A stretch of DNA of 64,000 bases from Cyclobacteriaceae bacterium. Its GTDB lineage: Bacteria; Bacteroidota; Bacteroidia; Cytophagales; Cyclobacteriaceae. The translations under genes and the position numbers were made by a program. The notes under the pieces are model-generated. The model was not told the DNA's origin and did not search any database. It saw only the letters and a program-made list of their open reading frames with translations. The stretch lies in the NCBI GenBank assembly GCA_036273935.1, contig DASUGQ010000118.1:4474-68473 (forward strand). Reading direction: 5' to 3'. The number at the start of each line of letters is the position of its first letter. The stretch's first letter is position 1. Shown here piece after piece: positions 19,975 to 29,528 of this stretch.

Positions 19975-22452
19975 ATGACACTCCGCCTCTTGCTCTTTGT
20001 GCTTTGTCTTCCCATGATGGTCGCGGCGCAGACTTTTACCGATGTCACTCCAGGTGGTATACCTGCACTTGAGTCAGGAGACATTGCATGGGCTGACTAC
20101 AACAATGATGGTTATCTCGATTTTGCCATCATCGGCAAATCGGGAACCGGTAATTTCGGAGGCATTTACACTGGCGCCGGCAATGGCACGTTTCAGTTGC
20201 TTTTAAACAGCAACATGCCGAAGATGAGAACAGGCGATATCGACTGGGGTGACTTTGATCATGATGGTGATCTGGACCTGGCAATGATTGGAAGCATAGA
20301 TGCGACGCCTTGGTTTGTTACGGTCATCATGCGTAACAACATCACATCATTCGAACAATATTTTACGACAGAAGGGTCAGAAGGAGGTTCGTTGACATGG
20401 TTTGACTACGACAATGACGGAGACCTTGATCTTTACCAAGTTGGAGCGTTCTTCGTTAATCCATATCCTAATTCAGTTTTCATCAACTCGGACGGACAGT
20501 TTTCAACAGAAGACGTTTTCCACGTTAAAGGATATTATTCGGAGTTAGAGATTGATTTGACGGCTTGCATCGCCACGGATTTCGATAATGATGGTGATCA
20601 GGATATTTTTTCTTCAGGCAAATATAGTCACGGTGTATGGAACGAAGCCAGCCTACTTGTTAACAATGGTGATATGAGTATCGAAAACACCGATAAATAC
20701 CGTTTTTCATACCACGATGTGGCCATACGGACCGGATCTATTAATCAGGGCGATTTTAACAGAGATGGCCTGATGGATTATTTCTTAACGGGTAACAGCA
20801 GTTCTATCAGTGGTAAGGACACTCCCTTTTCACAAATGTTGTTTGGAACAGGTGATGGCAATTTCGCACGGCGTGGTAAATTGCTGGATGTGTATAACTC
20901 ATCAAGTGATGTTGGTGACATCGATAATGATGGTGACTTAGACATCATTGTTTCGGGCCAGGCGTCGGCAGGTGCCCTTACAAGGATTTACCTGAACAAT
21001 GGATCAGGAAGTTTTAATGATGCGGGTATCACAAATCTTGTAGGTCTTAGCCTCTGCTCGGTTACATTAGCCGACTATGATAATGACGGTGACCTAGATG
21101 TATTTATAACCGGCAGAGATCAAGCCAATGTAAAGACAACTAAACTTTATCGAAATAATCTTAGGTCAAATGCGCTTGCACCCAACGAAAAGCCTACTCC
21201 GCCTTCGAATTTGCGATTTAGGATGGAGAACAATACTGTCACACTGGAATGGGAAAGTGGAAGTGATAAAGAGACACCAACCGGTTCGCTTACCTATAAT
21301 GTATATGTTGCACTTGAATCAAAAAAACCATTCAAACTGTTTCCTCAGGCCATTGTAGAAACAGGTAAACGCAAAGTTTATGATCAGGGTAACACATCTG
21401 TCAATACACGTTGGACATTGAAAGGTCTGAAGACAGGCACTTACTATTTCTCAGTTCAATCAATCGACGGAGCAAATATGGGATCCGAATTTGCTGCCGA
21501 GGTATCTTTTAAGTACATCAGGATAGATTCGGTTGGATCCACATGTCCAAACAGCGAACAAGTATTCTCTGTTTCTCCAGCCAACAGTTATAACTGGACG
21601 ATTTCGGGAGGTAAAATAGTGGAGGGGCAAGGATCGGAAATGATTCGCGTGAAATGGGACGAACAACCGATCAGTCCTCAAATCACTGCCTCTACTGATG
21701 GGTCTTCGAATTCATTTATGCCATACGTACAAACACTTCCGCCAGCCGTTATCGTTGGGGCCGCAACTGTTTGTGATATGGAAGCTTATACCGAATATCG
21801 TCCGGCGAGTTATTCTCAAGACCTGTCGTACAATTGGAATATCGATGGGTTTGAATTCACCACCGCAGTGCCTTCGTTTGAATGGGCCTCACCAGGAAAT
21901 AAATTGGTGACATTATCAACTACCGACCTAAACACCGGCTGTAAGAATTCGGATACGATACATGTGGCAGTAGCCGAGCGTATATTGGTCGAAGTAAACT
22001 ACGATAACGGTGTGTATACATCGGAAAATACTGACGCTTCTTATGCATATAAGTGGGAGGGCTATATCAACAACGACTGGTCGACCGTCAGTACCGCGGA
22101 AAATTTTACGCCAACCTTTGCTGGCCTTTACCGTCTTACGATTACCAATCAATATGACTGTTCTTATGTCAATAATTTCTATGTGGATGAGATTATAACG
22201 GGGCTCGAAGAGCAGGCGGAAAGACTTCAGTTAGCGCCCAATCCGGCTGTCACTTCATTTAGAATTGTAAACTTGCCGCCAACAAGCAAACCAGTCAACG
22301 TTTCTGTAATTGATATGGCCGGGCGGACCATGTTTGCCACATCAACTACCGAGGATACAGATATCAATTGCTCATCATTGCACCGGGGAGTGTATGTTGT
22401 TGTAATCCGTTCGGGAGATAACGTTAACTATTCGAAAATCGTTATCGAATAA
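19975..22452 (+). CDS. Secreted FG-GAP/VCBS-repeat protein with FN3 and PKD-like domains and a T9SS C-terminal sorting domain
   Basis: It has a signal peptide and repeated 'DYNNDGYLD', 'DFDHDGDLDL', 'DYDNDGDLDL', 'DIDNDGDLDI' calcium-binding FG-GAP motifs. The C-terminus 'LQLAPNPAVTSFRIV...GVYVVVIRSGDNVNYSKIVIE' is a T9SS sorting domain. Confidence 0.8.
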   Translation: MTLRLLLFVLCLPMMVAAQTFTDVTPGGIPALESGDIAWADYNNDGYLDFAIIGKSGTGNFGGIYTGAGNGTFQLLLNSNMPKMRTGDIDWGDFDHDGDLDLAMIGSIDATPWFVTVIMRNNITSFEQYFTTEGSEGGSLTWFDYDNDGDLDLYQVGAFFVNPYPNSVFINSDGQFSTEDVFHVKGYYSELEIDLTACIATDFDNDGDQDIFSSGKYSHGVWNEASLLVNNGDMSIENTDKYRFSYHDVAIRTGSINQGDFNRDGLMDYFLTGNSSSISGKDTPFSQMLFGTGDGNFARRGKLLDVYNSSSDVGDIDNDGDLDIIVSGQASAGALTRIYLNNGSGSFNDAGITNLVGLSLCSVTLADYDNDGDLDVFITGRDQANVKTTKLYRNNLRSNALAPNEKPTPPSNLRFRMENNTVTLEWESGSDKETPTGSLTYNVYVALESKKPFKLFPQAIVETGKRKVYDQGNTSVNTRWTLKGLKTGTYYFSVQSIDGANMGSEFAAEVSFKYIRIDSVGSTCPNSEQVFSVSPANSYNWTISGGKIVEGQGSEMIRVKWDEQPISPQITASTDGSSNSFMPYVQTLPPAVIVGAATVCDMEAYTEYRPASYSQDLSYNWNIDGFEFTTAVPSFEWASPGNKLVTLSTTDLNTGCKNSDTIHVAVAERILVEVNYDNGVYTSENTDASYAYKWEGYINNDWSTVSTAENFTPTFAGLYRLTITNQYDCSYVNNFYVDEIITGLEEQAERLQLAPNPAVTSFRIVNLPPTSKPVNVSVIDMAGRTMFATSTTEDTDINCSSLHRGVYVVVIRSGDNVNYSKIVIE

Positions 22453-22616
22453 CATCGATAAAATATCTAAACGACACGAAGAAGATTTTTGGAGCAGGAC
22501 TTGAATACTTTCGATTTTATTTCCAATAATCAACTAAAACGTAATGGCTACTTCCCGATGCAAAATCTTCTCAAAACAGATACTCAGTACGTTAGGTTGG
22601 CCACGCAACAAACTAC

Positions 22617-22657
22617 CAACAAAATTCATCTAATCATCGCTAGAAAAAACTAAACAT
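22617..22657 (+). repeat. Left copy of an imperfect 41-nt direct repeat (36 of 41 identical to 35396-35436)
   Basis: caacaaaattcatctaatcatcgctagaaaaaactaaacat versus caacaaaaatcatctaatcatcaatagaaaaatcttaacat. They share an identical 13-nt core, tcatctaatcatc. Weaker similarity extends about 25 nt to the left. Confidence 0.8.
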
Positions 22658-22966
22658 CCCGAAAGAGATTTTTAGGGTTTTGTTGAGTGACAAAAGTAGA
22701 TATTCTGACGAAGAACGCCAAGAATTGGAGGAATGATAATTGATCCGGAGTGTCGCCTTGCTTGCCGCAAAGTCCACTCCGGCATTCGCTACCTACATTA
22801 GTTCGCATCGCCCGAAGCGGGACTTTACTTCTCACACCCTCTCTCCACTCGCGGCGCCCGCCGTTTCTCTCTGGGCGCCGGCTCGCAAAATTTTCTGCAC
22901 TACTTTCTCATTTGGCCGGAAATATGTATTTTTTGAGAATTTGTAAACACGTCACAATACCGTTAT

Positions 22967-24307
22967 ATGTCAGACACTATCGTTTACCACTACAATAGCC
23001 CTTCAGTTTTAAACAAGAATATCGATTCAGATGAACTTTTTCTCTCCAAATACAGTGAGGTCCAAAAGAAGGATGCACCTTGTTTCTTTTGGGGGAGTCT
23101 GAAAGATCCATACATCACTTCTCGTTGTTTAATAACACTCTCAAATGTAGTTCAGTCCTCATTCAATCTTTCTCCTTTCCAGATGGCGCTTCTCAAAGAC
23201 CCAATCGTTACGGCTGGAAATGAGAAAATTCGTTTTGAAGGTTTCTCCCATTGTGCAGGCGTATACGCGCGTGTTGATATTCTTCCTGATGGTCATGACG
23301 GAGAATTTCCGGAAAATGGAACGACCAACGTGGATTTCAATCAACCAATGATATCAGCGCTAAGCAGCGTGAACAGAACAGAGAAGGTTTTACTTTCTGT
23401 GGGAAAAAATGAGGTAGCCGTTTCTAAAGAAGGACAAAAAGTGGTTGAAAGAAAGGTCCCTCTCCCAGCAAAATGGATTAAAGGCTTAACAACTGTACAA
23501 CTATTCTTAGCTGAAGCCGAAAAGGTGTTTACGTTTAACAGAATTCAAACCCTTCAACTTTTCCAGAGCTTGCCGAATGGCAAACCAAAAACTGATTATT
23601 ACCTGACCACGAGGGCGGGTAAGCCTTCCTTCTCACCAGTAAAATCCGACAATGGTATTTGTATTGGTGGTATCCATCGCCTTCGCTTGCTGGAACCATT
23701 GATACCACTAGCAACGGAACTGAGAGTCTTTCCTCACCCAGCAATGCAATCGGTAACTTGGCAATTATACTTTGGAATGGTCCGATTTAGCTTGTCCATT
23801 TCGCGCGATGCTTGGAGAGGCTTTTCCGGAGAAGGTGCAGCGCTTGAGTCATTGATAGAGGATGTACCGGACGGTTGGATTGATGCTGTTGATAAGTTCA
23901 GTTATGCCAATCAGGAATTTAACCCAACCTTGCTTTCAGTTGAAGAGGGACTTGATTTAAAAAAGGTCGAGAACATAACAGGCCGCCTGTCAGCAATGGG
24001 ATTGCTGGGTTACGACCTGGACGAAAATCATTTTTTTTACCGCCGGCTTCCATTCAAGCTAAACCGGATTTTAAGTTTAAATCCACGCCTCAAAGATGCC
24101 GAAAAGTTACTACAGGAGAAAAAAGTGGAGATTACCCTTCAAACCGATAACAGAGTTGAGGCAAAGGTGCAAGGCAGTGGTGTTAATCATTTCATTGTAC
24201 TGGAAGGTGATAGTGAAAAATGTACCTGCACATGGTTTAGTAAACACCAGGGTGAACGAGGGCTCTGCAAGCATATCCTTGCCGTGAAGAAACAACTTAT
24301 AAGCTAA
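22967..24307 (+). CDS. SWIM zinc-finger family protein (large N-terminal domain of unknown function plus a C-terminal SWIM domain)
   Basis: The C-terminal 'CTCTWFSKHQGERGLCKHILAV' is the CxCx(n)CxH SWIM signature. The N-terminal block 'IRFEGFSHCAGVYARVDILPDG...GTTNVDFNQPM' is what I recall from bacterial stand-alone SWIM proteins. Confidence 0.85.
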   Translation: MSDTIVYHYNSPSVLNKNIDSDELFLSKYSEVQKKDAPCFFWGSLKDPYITSRCLITLSNVVQSSFNLSPFQMALLKDPIVTAGNEKIRFEGFSHCAGVYARVDILPDGHDGEFPENGTTNVDFNQPMISALSSVNRTEKVLLSVGKNEVAVSKEGQKVVERKVPLPAKWIKGLTTVQLFLAEAEKVFTFNRIQTLQLFQSLPNGKPKTDYYLTTRAGKPSFSPVKSDNGICIGGIHRLRLLEPLIPLATELRVFPHPAMQSVTWQLYFGMVRFSLSISRDAWRGFSGEGAALESLIEDVPDGWIDAVDKFSYANQEFNPTLLSVEEGLDLKKVENITGRLSAMGLLGYDLDENHFFYRRLPFKLNRILSLNPRLKDAEKLLQEKKVEITLQTDNRVEAKVQGSGVNHFIVLEGDSEKCTCTWFSKHQGERGLCKHILAVKKQLIS

Positions 24308-24319
24308 TCATCAACTTTA

Positions 24320-27274
24320 ATGGTATCAGAAGAATTCAGCACGATCCTGAAAAAGGAGCAGTTGAGACAATTGATTCCCTTTTTAAAATCGTTGGAAAAA
24401 AGTGACAAAAAGGAAATCGCCTCGTTGTTAAAACCGCTGGCAAAGGAGTATTTGGATTACCTACCAGTAACTCCATTGTTAGGGACAACAACCTATAAGC
24501 AGAAAGCCACACCCAGCCAGGTGAATATTTTATATGCGGCAGCATTCGTGTGCTTAAATCGGAAAGACTATCAGAAATTTGACCGGTTTGGCCACATGCT
24601 AAACAATAAAATTCTTGACGACATACTTCCTTGGTATTGCCCGGATTGGTTTAGTGATTCGATCAATGATTTAACCAAACGGGATTGGATTCCATGGAAT
24701 TTTGGATACAAGGATGCTATGGCATTGGCGGAAAAAGGGCACCTAAATCCTAGTGATGAACTTATCGTCAAGCTTATTCCACAGATGATTTTCGAACAAG
24801 ATGCCAAACACAAATTTTTATATCTTCCTCAGCAACTCAGGAAACGACCCATTACACTTGAAAAACACATTTGGCTGATCTTTCAATTTGAAACCACTAT
24901 TAATTATAGTGATCGTTATCACCAATTTCAAAACGCCAATAAGGATGAACGTCTTTGGATAACTGCTTTAAAACAATGTAGCAACGACGGATTGTTAGAT
25001 AGGCAGCGCTTACTTAGAGAATCGATTCTGGCCACAGGTCGTAATTTCAACAAAGCTTTGTCAGGGTGGTTCGTTGAACTGTTTGAGTTTTTAGAGCCCA
25101 CGGAACAAGAACTAATAACATTGCAGCCCGAATTGTTCAACGTATTAAGCTCCCAACAAAGCAAGGCAATCAATTCCGCTTTAAATTCACTCAAGAAGAT
25201 TGTTGAGGAAAAAGAGTTTAATGCGGTAGGTTTTCTAGAGAACGCGCCGATACTCCTTTCTTGTGAAACCAAATCAGTGGTTTCATCGACTCTTTTGCTG
25301 TTTGAGAAGATACTCCGTAAAAATGCTTCGCTCAAAGAAGAAATTTGCATAGCGACATGCCAGGCATTCATACACAATGATGAGAATATTCAAAATAAGG
25401 CATCTAAATTATTATTGAAGTGTCATGATGATTCTTTAAGGTCAGTAACGGAGGAGATCACGAAGTACGCTGACTCCATGTTAATGACTTCAAAAAAAAT
25501 TTTATCAGACTTTCTCGCTGTCACACCGAAGCAGCAAGAGGACAACATAACCGACACCTCAGAATCGAATGAAGCTATTGGTACAGGTCAGGAAATCACA
25601 TCGCTTGATGAGCTGATCTTTTTAGCCAGTCAGGCTTTCGATAACAATGACCCGCTACACATTGACCTTCTGCCTGCAGCACTGGTTAAACTGCAGGATC
25701 AAATAACCGGTTCGGTTCTTCATAAGTTTGAACCGGCACTACAGAGAGCCTATTCTTTTGTGATGAATGATTGGCCTTCAACCATGGGTTATTTGGACCA
25801 TCTGTTAGCAACATTCTTTCTTGATTTGACAAATTTATTGATTGACCGATTCCCAACCGAAGGTTCATCATTGAAACAAATTCACGTATCATTTCAAAAG
25901 AAGGATGCTGAAAGCAAGGCTAAATGGTCTTGGTACAACTCAAGAATTTTAAACTTACCAACCTGGTCGGTGCATAGTAGGGACACGACCTATATAATCC
26001 ATAAGGCTATCCTGCTCATCGCATATGAAAAGATAAAGAACGCAGATCATCTGTCCATCCTTTCAACACCAACCCACGAACATGGTTATCTGGATCCGAT
26101 GGTACTGGTTAATCGTTTGGAGCTTTATCAGGGCAAAACCGTGTTACCTGATAACTATGATTTTCAACTGGCAATTTCGCGGGTCGCTCCCTTTAATCAC
26201 GACGAAGCATTGAAGGAAGCAAGAAAAACGTTAAAGGGGGAGGTCCTTCAAATTATGGAATTCCTTTTGGATAAAGACGAACAACCAAGACCACCATTCA
26301 ACACACCTTCCTTATGGTTTATGGCCGGTGTCACCAAATCACCTCAGCACACCTATCCGGAGTTTGATCATTTCTTTTATGCGACATTGCCAAAATCAAC
26401 TTTTACAGGAGATGTCCCATGGCGTTCTTTTGTTGAGCATTATAAGACAACAAGATACAATTATGAAAAGCGGACTCCTGAGGAAGTCACTGCTCAGCAC
26501 AATGTTCTCAGGTTAACTTTAAATCCATATCCGTCGATCTGGCAGGAACCGGAGGAAAAGAAAGAAAGCGTGCTGTCAAAGCTTACAAGTCTGATCTCGA
26601 CACCTAAGAAAGCCAGACGAGAGGACACATTTATCCAACACGAGTATCTCTCATTAAAAACACCTTACATTGCTGCAGAGCATAACGACATACAGCGTTT
26701 TATCTATCTGTTTCCTTCGAATCCAAATCCAGTGCTCACCCTCGTCGCACACAGAGCACTGGTACATAGCACGCTTGCCTCGGAAAACGACAAGAAGATT
26801 TTAACCAGGACGCTGGAGGCCATTATTCACCTGAAATTCGATTTTTCTGAGATCACGCATCTTTTTATTGCCACATGCATGCTGACCAGTGACAAGACCG
26901 TGAGATCATTTGCAGCGGAGATGTGGATCCAGGGAGTCAACAACGGGAAGATAAATAATGAGCAAACCGGTAAAATTATTGGGATTCACTTTTCCAGCGG
27001 CTACGCTCCTTTGAAAAGATTCACTGACCTTGTTTCAAGCAACCTGTTGAAAATCTCACAAACGCACAATATAGAACTGGAAGCTATCCTTACTGCCGTC
27101 ATTGAAAATCTACCAACAGAGCCTCCGGTAGGCACGAAAAGACTACTTGAATTGTATTCAGAAGTTTTAGCACTGAATAACGCCTCTGTTGCTTCGAATT
27201 CAGCCAAACAACGCCTGGCGTCATGGACTGCTTCATCTGGGCTTAAAAAGCTTATTTCATCTTTGCCCGTCTGA
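24320..27274 (+). CDS. 984-aa helical-repeat protein of unknown function, partner of the SWIM protein (possibly DUF6493/DUF4132-like; unverified)
   Basis: It starts 12 nt after the SWIM stop and has no signal peptide or transmembrane segment. I recognised no Walker A, nuclease or other catalytic motif. The composition is Leu/Lys/Glu-rich, as in HEAT/ARM-like repeats. Confidence 0.7.
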   Translation: MVSEEFSTILKKEQLRQLIPFLKSLEKSDKKEIASLLKPLAKEYLDYLPVTPLLGTTTYKQKATPSQVNILYAAAFVCLNRKDYQKFDRFGHMLNNKILDDILPWYCPDWFSDSINDLTKRDWIPWNFGYKDAMALAEKGHLNPSDELIVKLIPQMIFEQDAKHKFLYLPQQLRKRPITLEKHIWLIFQFETTINYSDRYHQFQNANKDERLWITALKQCSNDGLLDRQRLLRESILATGRNFNKALSGWFVELFEFLEPTEQELITLQPELFNVLSSQQSKAINSALNSLKKIVEEKEFNAVGFLENAPILLSCETKSVVSSTLLLFEKILRKNASLKEEICIATCQAFIHNDENIQNKASKLLLKCHDDSLRSVTEEITKYADSMLMTSKKILSDFLAVTPKQQEDNITDTSESNEAIGTGQEITSLDELIFLASQAFDNNDPLHIDLLPAALVKLQDQITGSVLHKFEPALQRAYSFVMNDWPSTMGYLDHLLATFFLDLTNLLIDRFPTEGSSLKQIHVSFQKKDAESKAKWSWYNSRILNLPTWSVHSRDTTYIIHKAILLIAYEKIKNADHLSILSTPTHEHGYLDPMVLVNRLELYQGKTVLPDNYDFQLAISRVAPFNHDEALKEARKTLKGEVLQIMEFLLDKDEQPRPPFNTPSLWFMAGVTKSPQHTYPEFDHFFYATLPKSTFTGDVPWRSFVEHYKTTRYNYEKRTPEEVTAQHNVLRLTLNPYPSIWQEPEEKKESVLSKLTSLISTPKKARREDTFIQHEYLSLKTPYIAAEHNDIQRFIYLFPSNPNPVLTLVAHRALVHSTLASENDKKILTRTLEAIIHLKFDFSEITHLFIATCMLTSDKTVRSFAAEMWIQGVNNGKINNEQTGKIIGIHFSSGYAPLKRFTDLVSSNLLKISQTHNIELEAILTAVIENLPTEPPVGTKRLLELYSEVLALNNASVASNSAKQRLASWTASSGLKKLISSLPV

Positions 27275-27368
27275 TATCCAGGCTGCGACGGATGCATGTA
27301 AGAAAAACATCTTAATTGTGTGGTTTGATTTTATATGAATGAACATTTTTGAACCTCAACAATTAATA

Positions 27369-29333
27369 ATGGAGTCGTTGCCGGCAATCGTAAAAAGACT
27401 AAAATTAATTCTGGCCTTAGTAATCCTCTTACTTTCTGGTTGCAGGGAGGAAGATCAGGTGAAAAATACCCTGGAGGGAATAGTGAAGGATGAATTCGGT
27501 GGAGTATTAGATAGTGTGAACTGCGTCGTTTCGTCTGCGTCGTTTCATTACTCAACACTAACAGATGAATTTGGAAAATTTCGAACACCAAAAATTAACA
27601 CAGGTAAATACTCAGTCACCATTTCAAAGCCAAACTACTCAACGCGAAACACCGAAGTAGAGGTAAAAGCAAATCCCACCATAGTCGAGTTTGTCCTTTC
27701 ATCTGATAGTTCATTTCTAAGATTGAGCGATTCCACATTGAATGTTAATTATCTTTCGGCGTCTAAGGAAATTTTAGTCGAAGCAAATACAAGTTGGACG
27801 ATATCTAGCGATGCCTCATGGCTCAAAGTTTCTACAAATCAAGGTTCCGGTAACCAGCTTATCAGTGTAACATGGCAAGAGACGAGGGAGGATAACAGCA
27901 GAATTGGAATGATTTCTCTAAGGTCCAAATTCATTGAAAGAAAGCTTAAAGTATTCCAATCACCTCCACTTAAATTGCTCAACGTGAATTACTTTGCCGA
28001 TAACAAGGAAAACGAAAGTTTGGATTCAATTAGTTTGCAATTTACCAAGCCAGTAGCAGATGCTGTGGTATTACCAAACGGTGGACTGCTCAATGAAGAA
28101 ATTAATTACAAGATCAATCGGAATATTCTGACTTTTCCATATGAGAAAGCAAAACTAGGGGATGAGCACCTTTTTAGCGTGTCAGTTTATGATGGTCCGG
28201 ATTTATATAATTTTGAATTCACCGCACAGTTTTACACAGCCAAGTTAAATCTTCCGGGCTATGTAGTTGATTACACGCTCAGTGATGACAACAAGATAAT
28301 TTGGGCGGTAACCCAATATCCAAATAAAGTGTTTAAGATTTCAGTGCCAGATTTAATGATATTAAGGGAACAAAATCTTGATTTTGAGCCTCTAAAGATT
28401 AAGTGGAATAGCTTTCAAAATAAACTAAATATCTTTGATGCTGCACCCGGCTGTAACTGTGAAGAAATTGCTGGAGGTAATTGCAAAGATAATTATCTAT
28501 TGTATTTTGATCCAGACGATTTCAGCGTTGGCAAATCGGAAATAAAGATGATAGAAGGTTACGATGACGATTGCTACCGTTTTGGTGACCCCTATGTATT
28601 TCCTAAAGATATTTGCTTGCTTGCCAATGGTACTGGATTAATAAAACTGGCTGATAGAGATCTCAATCTCAGTTGGCGATTTATAGACAGCAACCATTTT
28701 GACTCGACGTTTATATCGGGAAGTAATACCGATATTCGTTATGAGGGAATGCACGTAAATTACGACAGGTCAAAAATTTATGTGCACGATCAGGCAAGCG
28801 TTTATGTATTTGAGCCAGAAGACTCAACTTTTAGGCAGTATAATTCGCCCTTTACTGGACAAGTAGGTTTTATTATTCCTCATAAGAAAAAAAATCTCCT
28901 CTACCATCATGAATATCCTCAGTTCATTTCCGACGGAAACGGCTATATAAGTTATAAGTCCTACATTCAGACGGTGAATCAATATAATGAAGCTATGGAT
29001 TTTAGCTATAAAGCGGACGAAGAGCAGTCTATGTATTATCTTAAGGATGGACTATTTCAGATCATGGATTACGAAAGAGCACTTACAACCTTAAAGACTG
29101 ATGCGATAATTGATTTGACAAATATACGATCCGCTACAGATGGAGTTTATTTTACAGCAATCAAGAGAAATGACGACGGCTCTACAGATTTTTTCATTTT
29201 TGACACATCGATCATATCAAACAAAATTCCGACTTCAGACTCTGCCGGCAGAATTCGGTCTAATAATACAGACCAATCATTGTGGATGGTGAATAGCCTG
29301 GATAAAGTTCTTCAGAGTGAACGTGAAACCTAA
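27369..29333 (+). CDS. Lipoprotein with a CarboxypepD_reg-like domain and a BACON domain
   Basis: 'MESLPAIVKRLKLILALVILLLSGC' contains a lipobox (the track start is 27339). 'LEGIVKDEFGGVL...GKYSVTISKPNY' fits CarboxypepD_reg. 'EILVEANTSWTISSDASWLKVSTNQGSGNQLISVTWQETRED' fits BACON. Confidence 0.7.
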   Translation: MESLPAIVKRLKLILALVILLLSGCREEDQVKNTLEGIVKDEFGGVLDSVNCVVSSASFHYSTLTDEFGKFRTPKINTGKYSVTISKPNYSTRNTEVEVKANPTIVEFVLSSDSSFLRLSDSTLNVNYLSASKEILVEANTSWTISSDASWLKVSTNQGSGNQLISVTWQETREDNSRIGMISLRSKFIERKLKVFQSPPLKLLNVNYFADNKENESLDSISLQFTKPVADAVVLPNGGLLNEEINYKINRNILTFPYEKAKLGDEHLFSVSVYDGPDLYNFEFTAQFYTAKLNLPGYVVDYTLSDDNKIIWAVTQYPNKVFKISVPDLMILREQNLDFEPLKIKWNSFQNKLNIFDAAPGCNCEEIAGGNCKDNYLLYFDPDDFSVGKSEIKMIEGYDDDCYRFGDPYVFPKDICLLANGTGLIKLADRDLNLSWRFIDSNHFDSTFISGSNTDIRYEGMHVNYDRSKIYVHDQASVYVFEPEDSTFRQYNSPFTGQVGFIIPHKKKNLLYHHEYPQFISDGNGYISYKSYIQTVNQYNEAMDFSYKADEEQSMYYLKDGLFQIMDYERALTTLKTDAIIDLTNIRSATDGVYFTAIKRNDDGSTDFFIFDTSIISNKIPTSDSAGRIRSNNTDQSLWMVNSLDKVLQSERET

Positions 29334-29528
29334 TCGATTCTTATCCAACGTCAACTCCGTAAAAACCGGATACAATAGCGGCGCGCCCGCGCAAAGCCAA
29401 TCTCCACCTTCAACCAGTGGTAATGTTTTTTTCGGTCGTGCCCCTGCTTTCCTCTAACCGTTTAAAGTATCCTGTTAAGCTTTTTTAAAAGCGTCATTTC
29501 AGCTACCTTCAAACAAAACTAAGACCCT

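Noticed and set aside
22740-22900. The GC-rich region as RNase P RNA, tmRNA, SRP RNA or a tRNA (possible integrase target)
   Set aside because: It contains 'AAAGTCC'-like and 'GTTCGCATC' strings. However, it lacks the universal RNase P GGAAAGTCCGGGC core, a tRNA cloverleaf with T-arm and acceptor complementarity, and the tmRNA termini. I could build no consistent fold by eye.
22650-22998. Three overlapping 61-82 aa ORFs in the GC-rich gap, considered as protein-coding genes
   Set aside because: They overlap each other on both strands, and their translations are low-complexity Ser/Pro/Arg/Leu strings with no recognisable motif. The region is better treated as non-coding.
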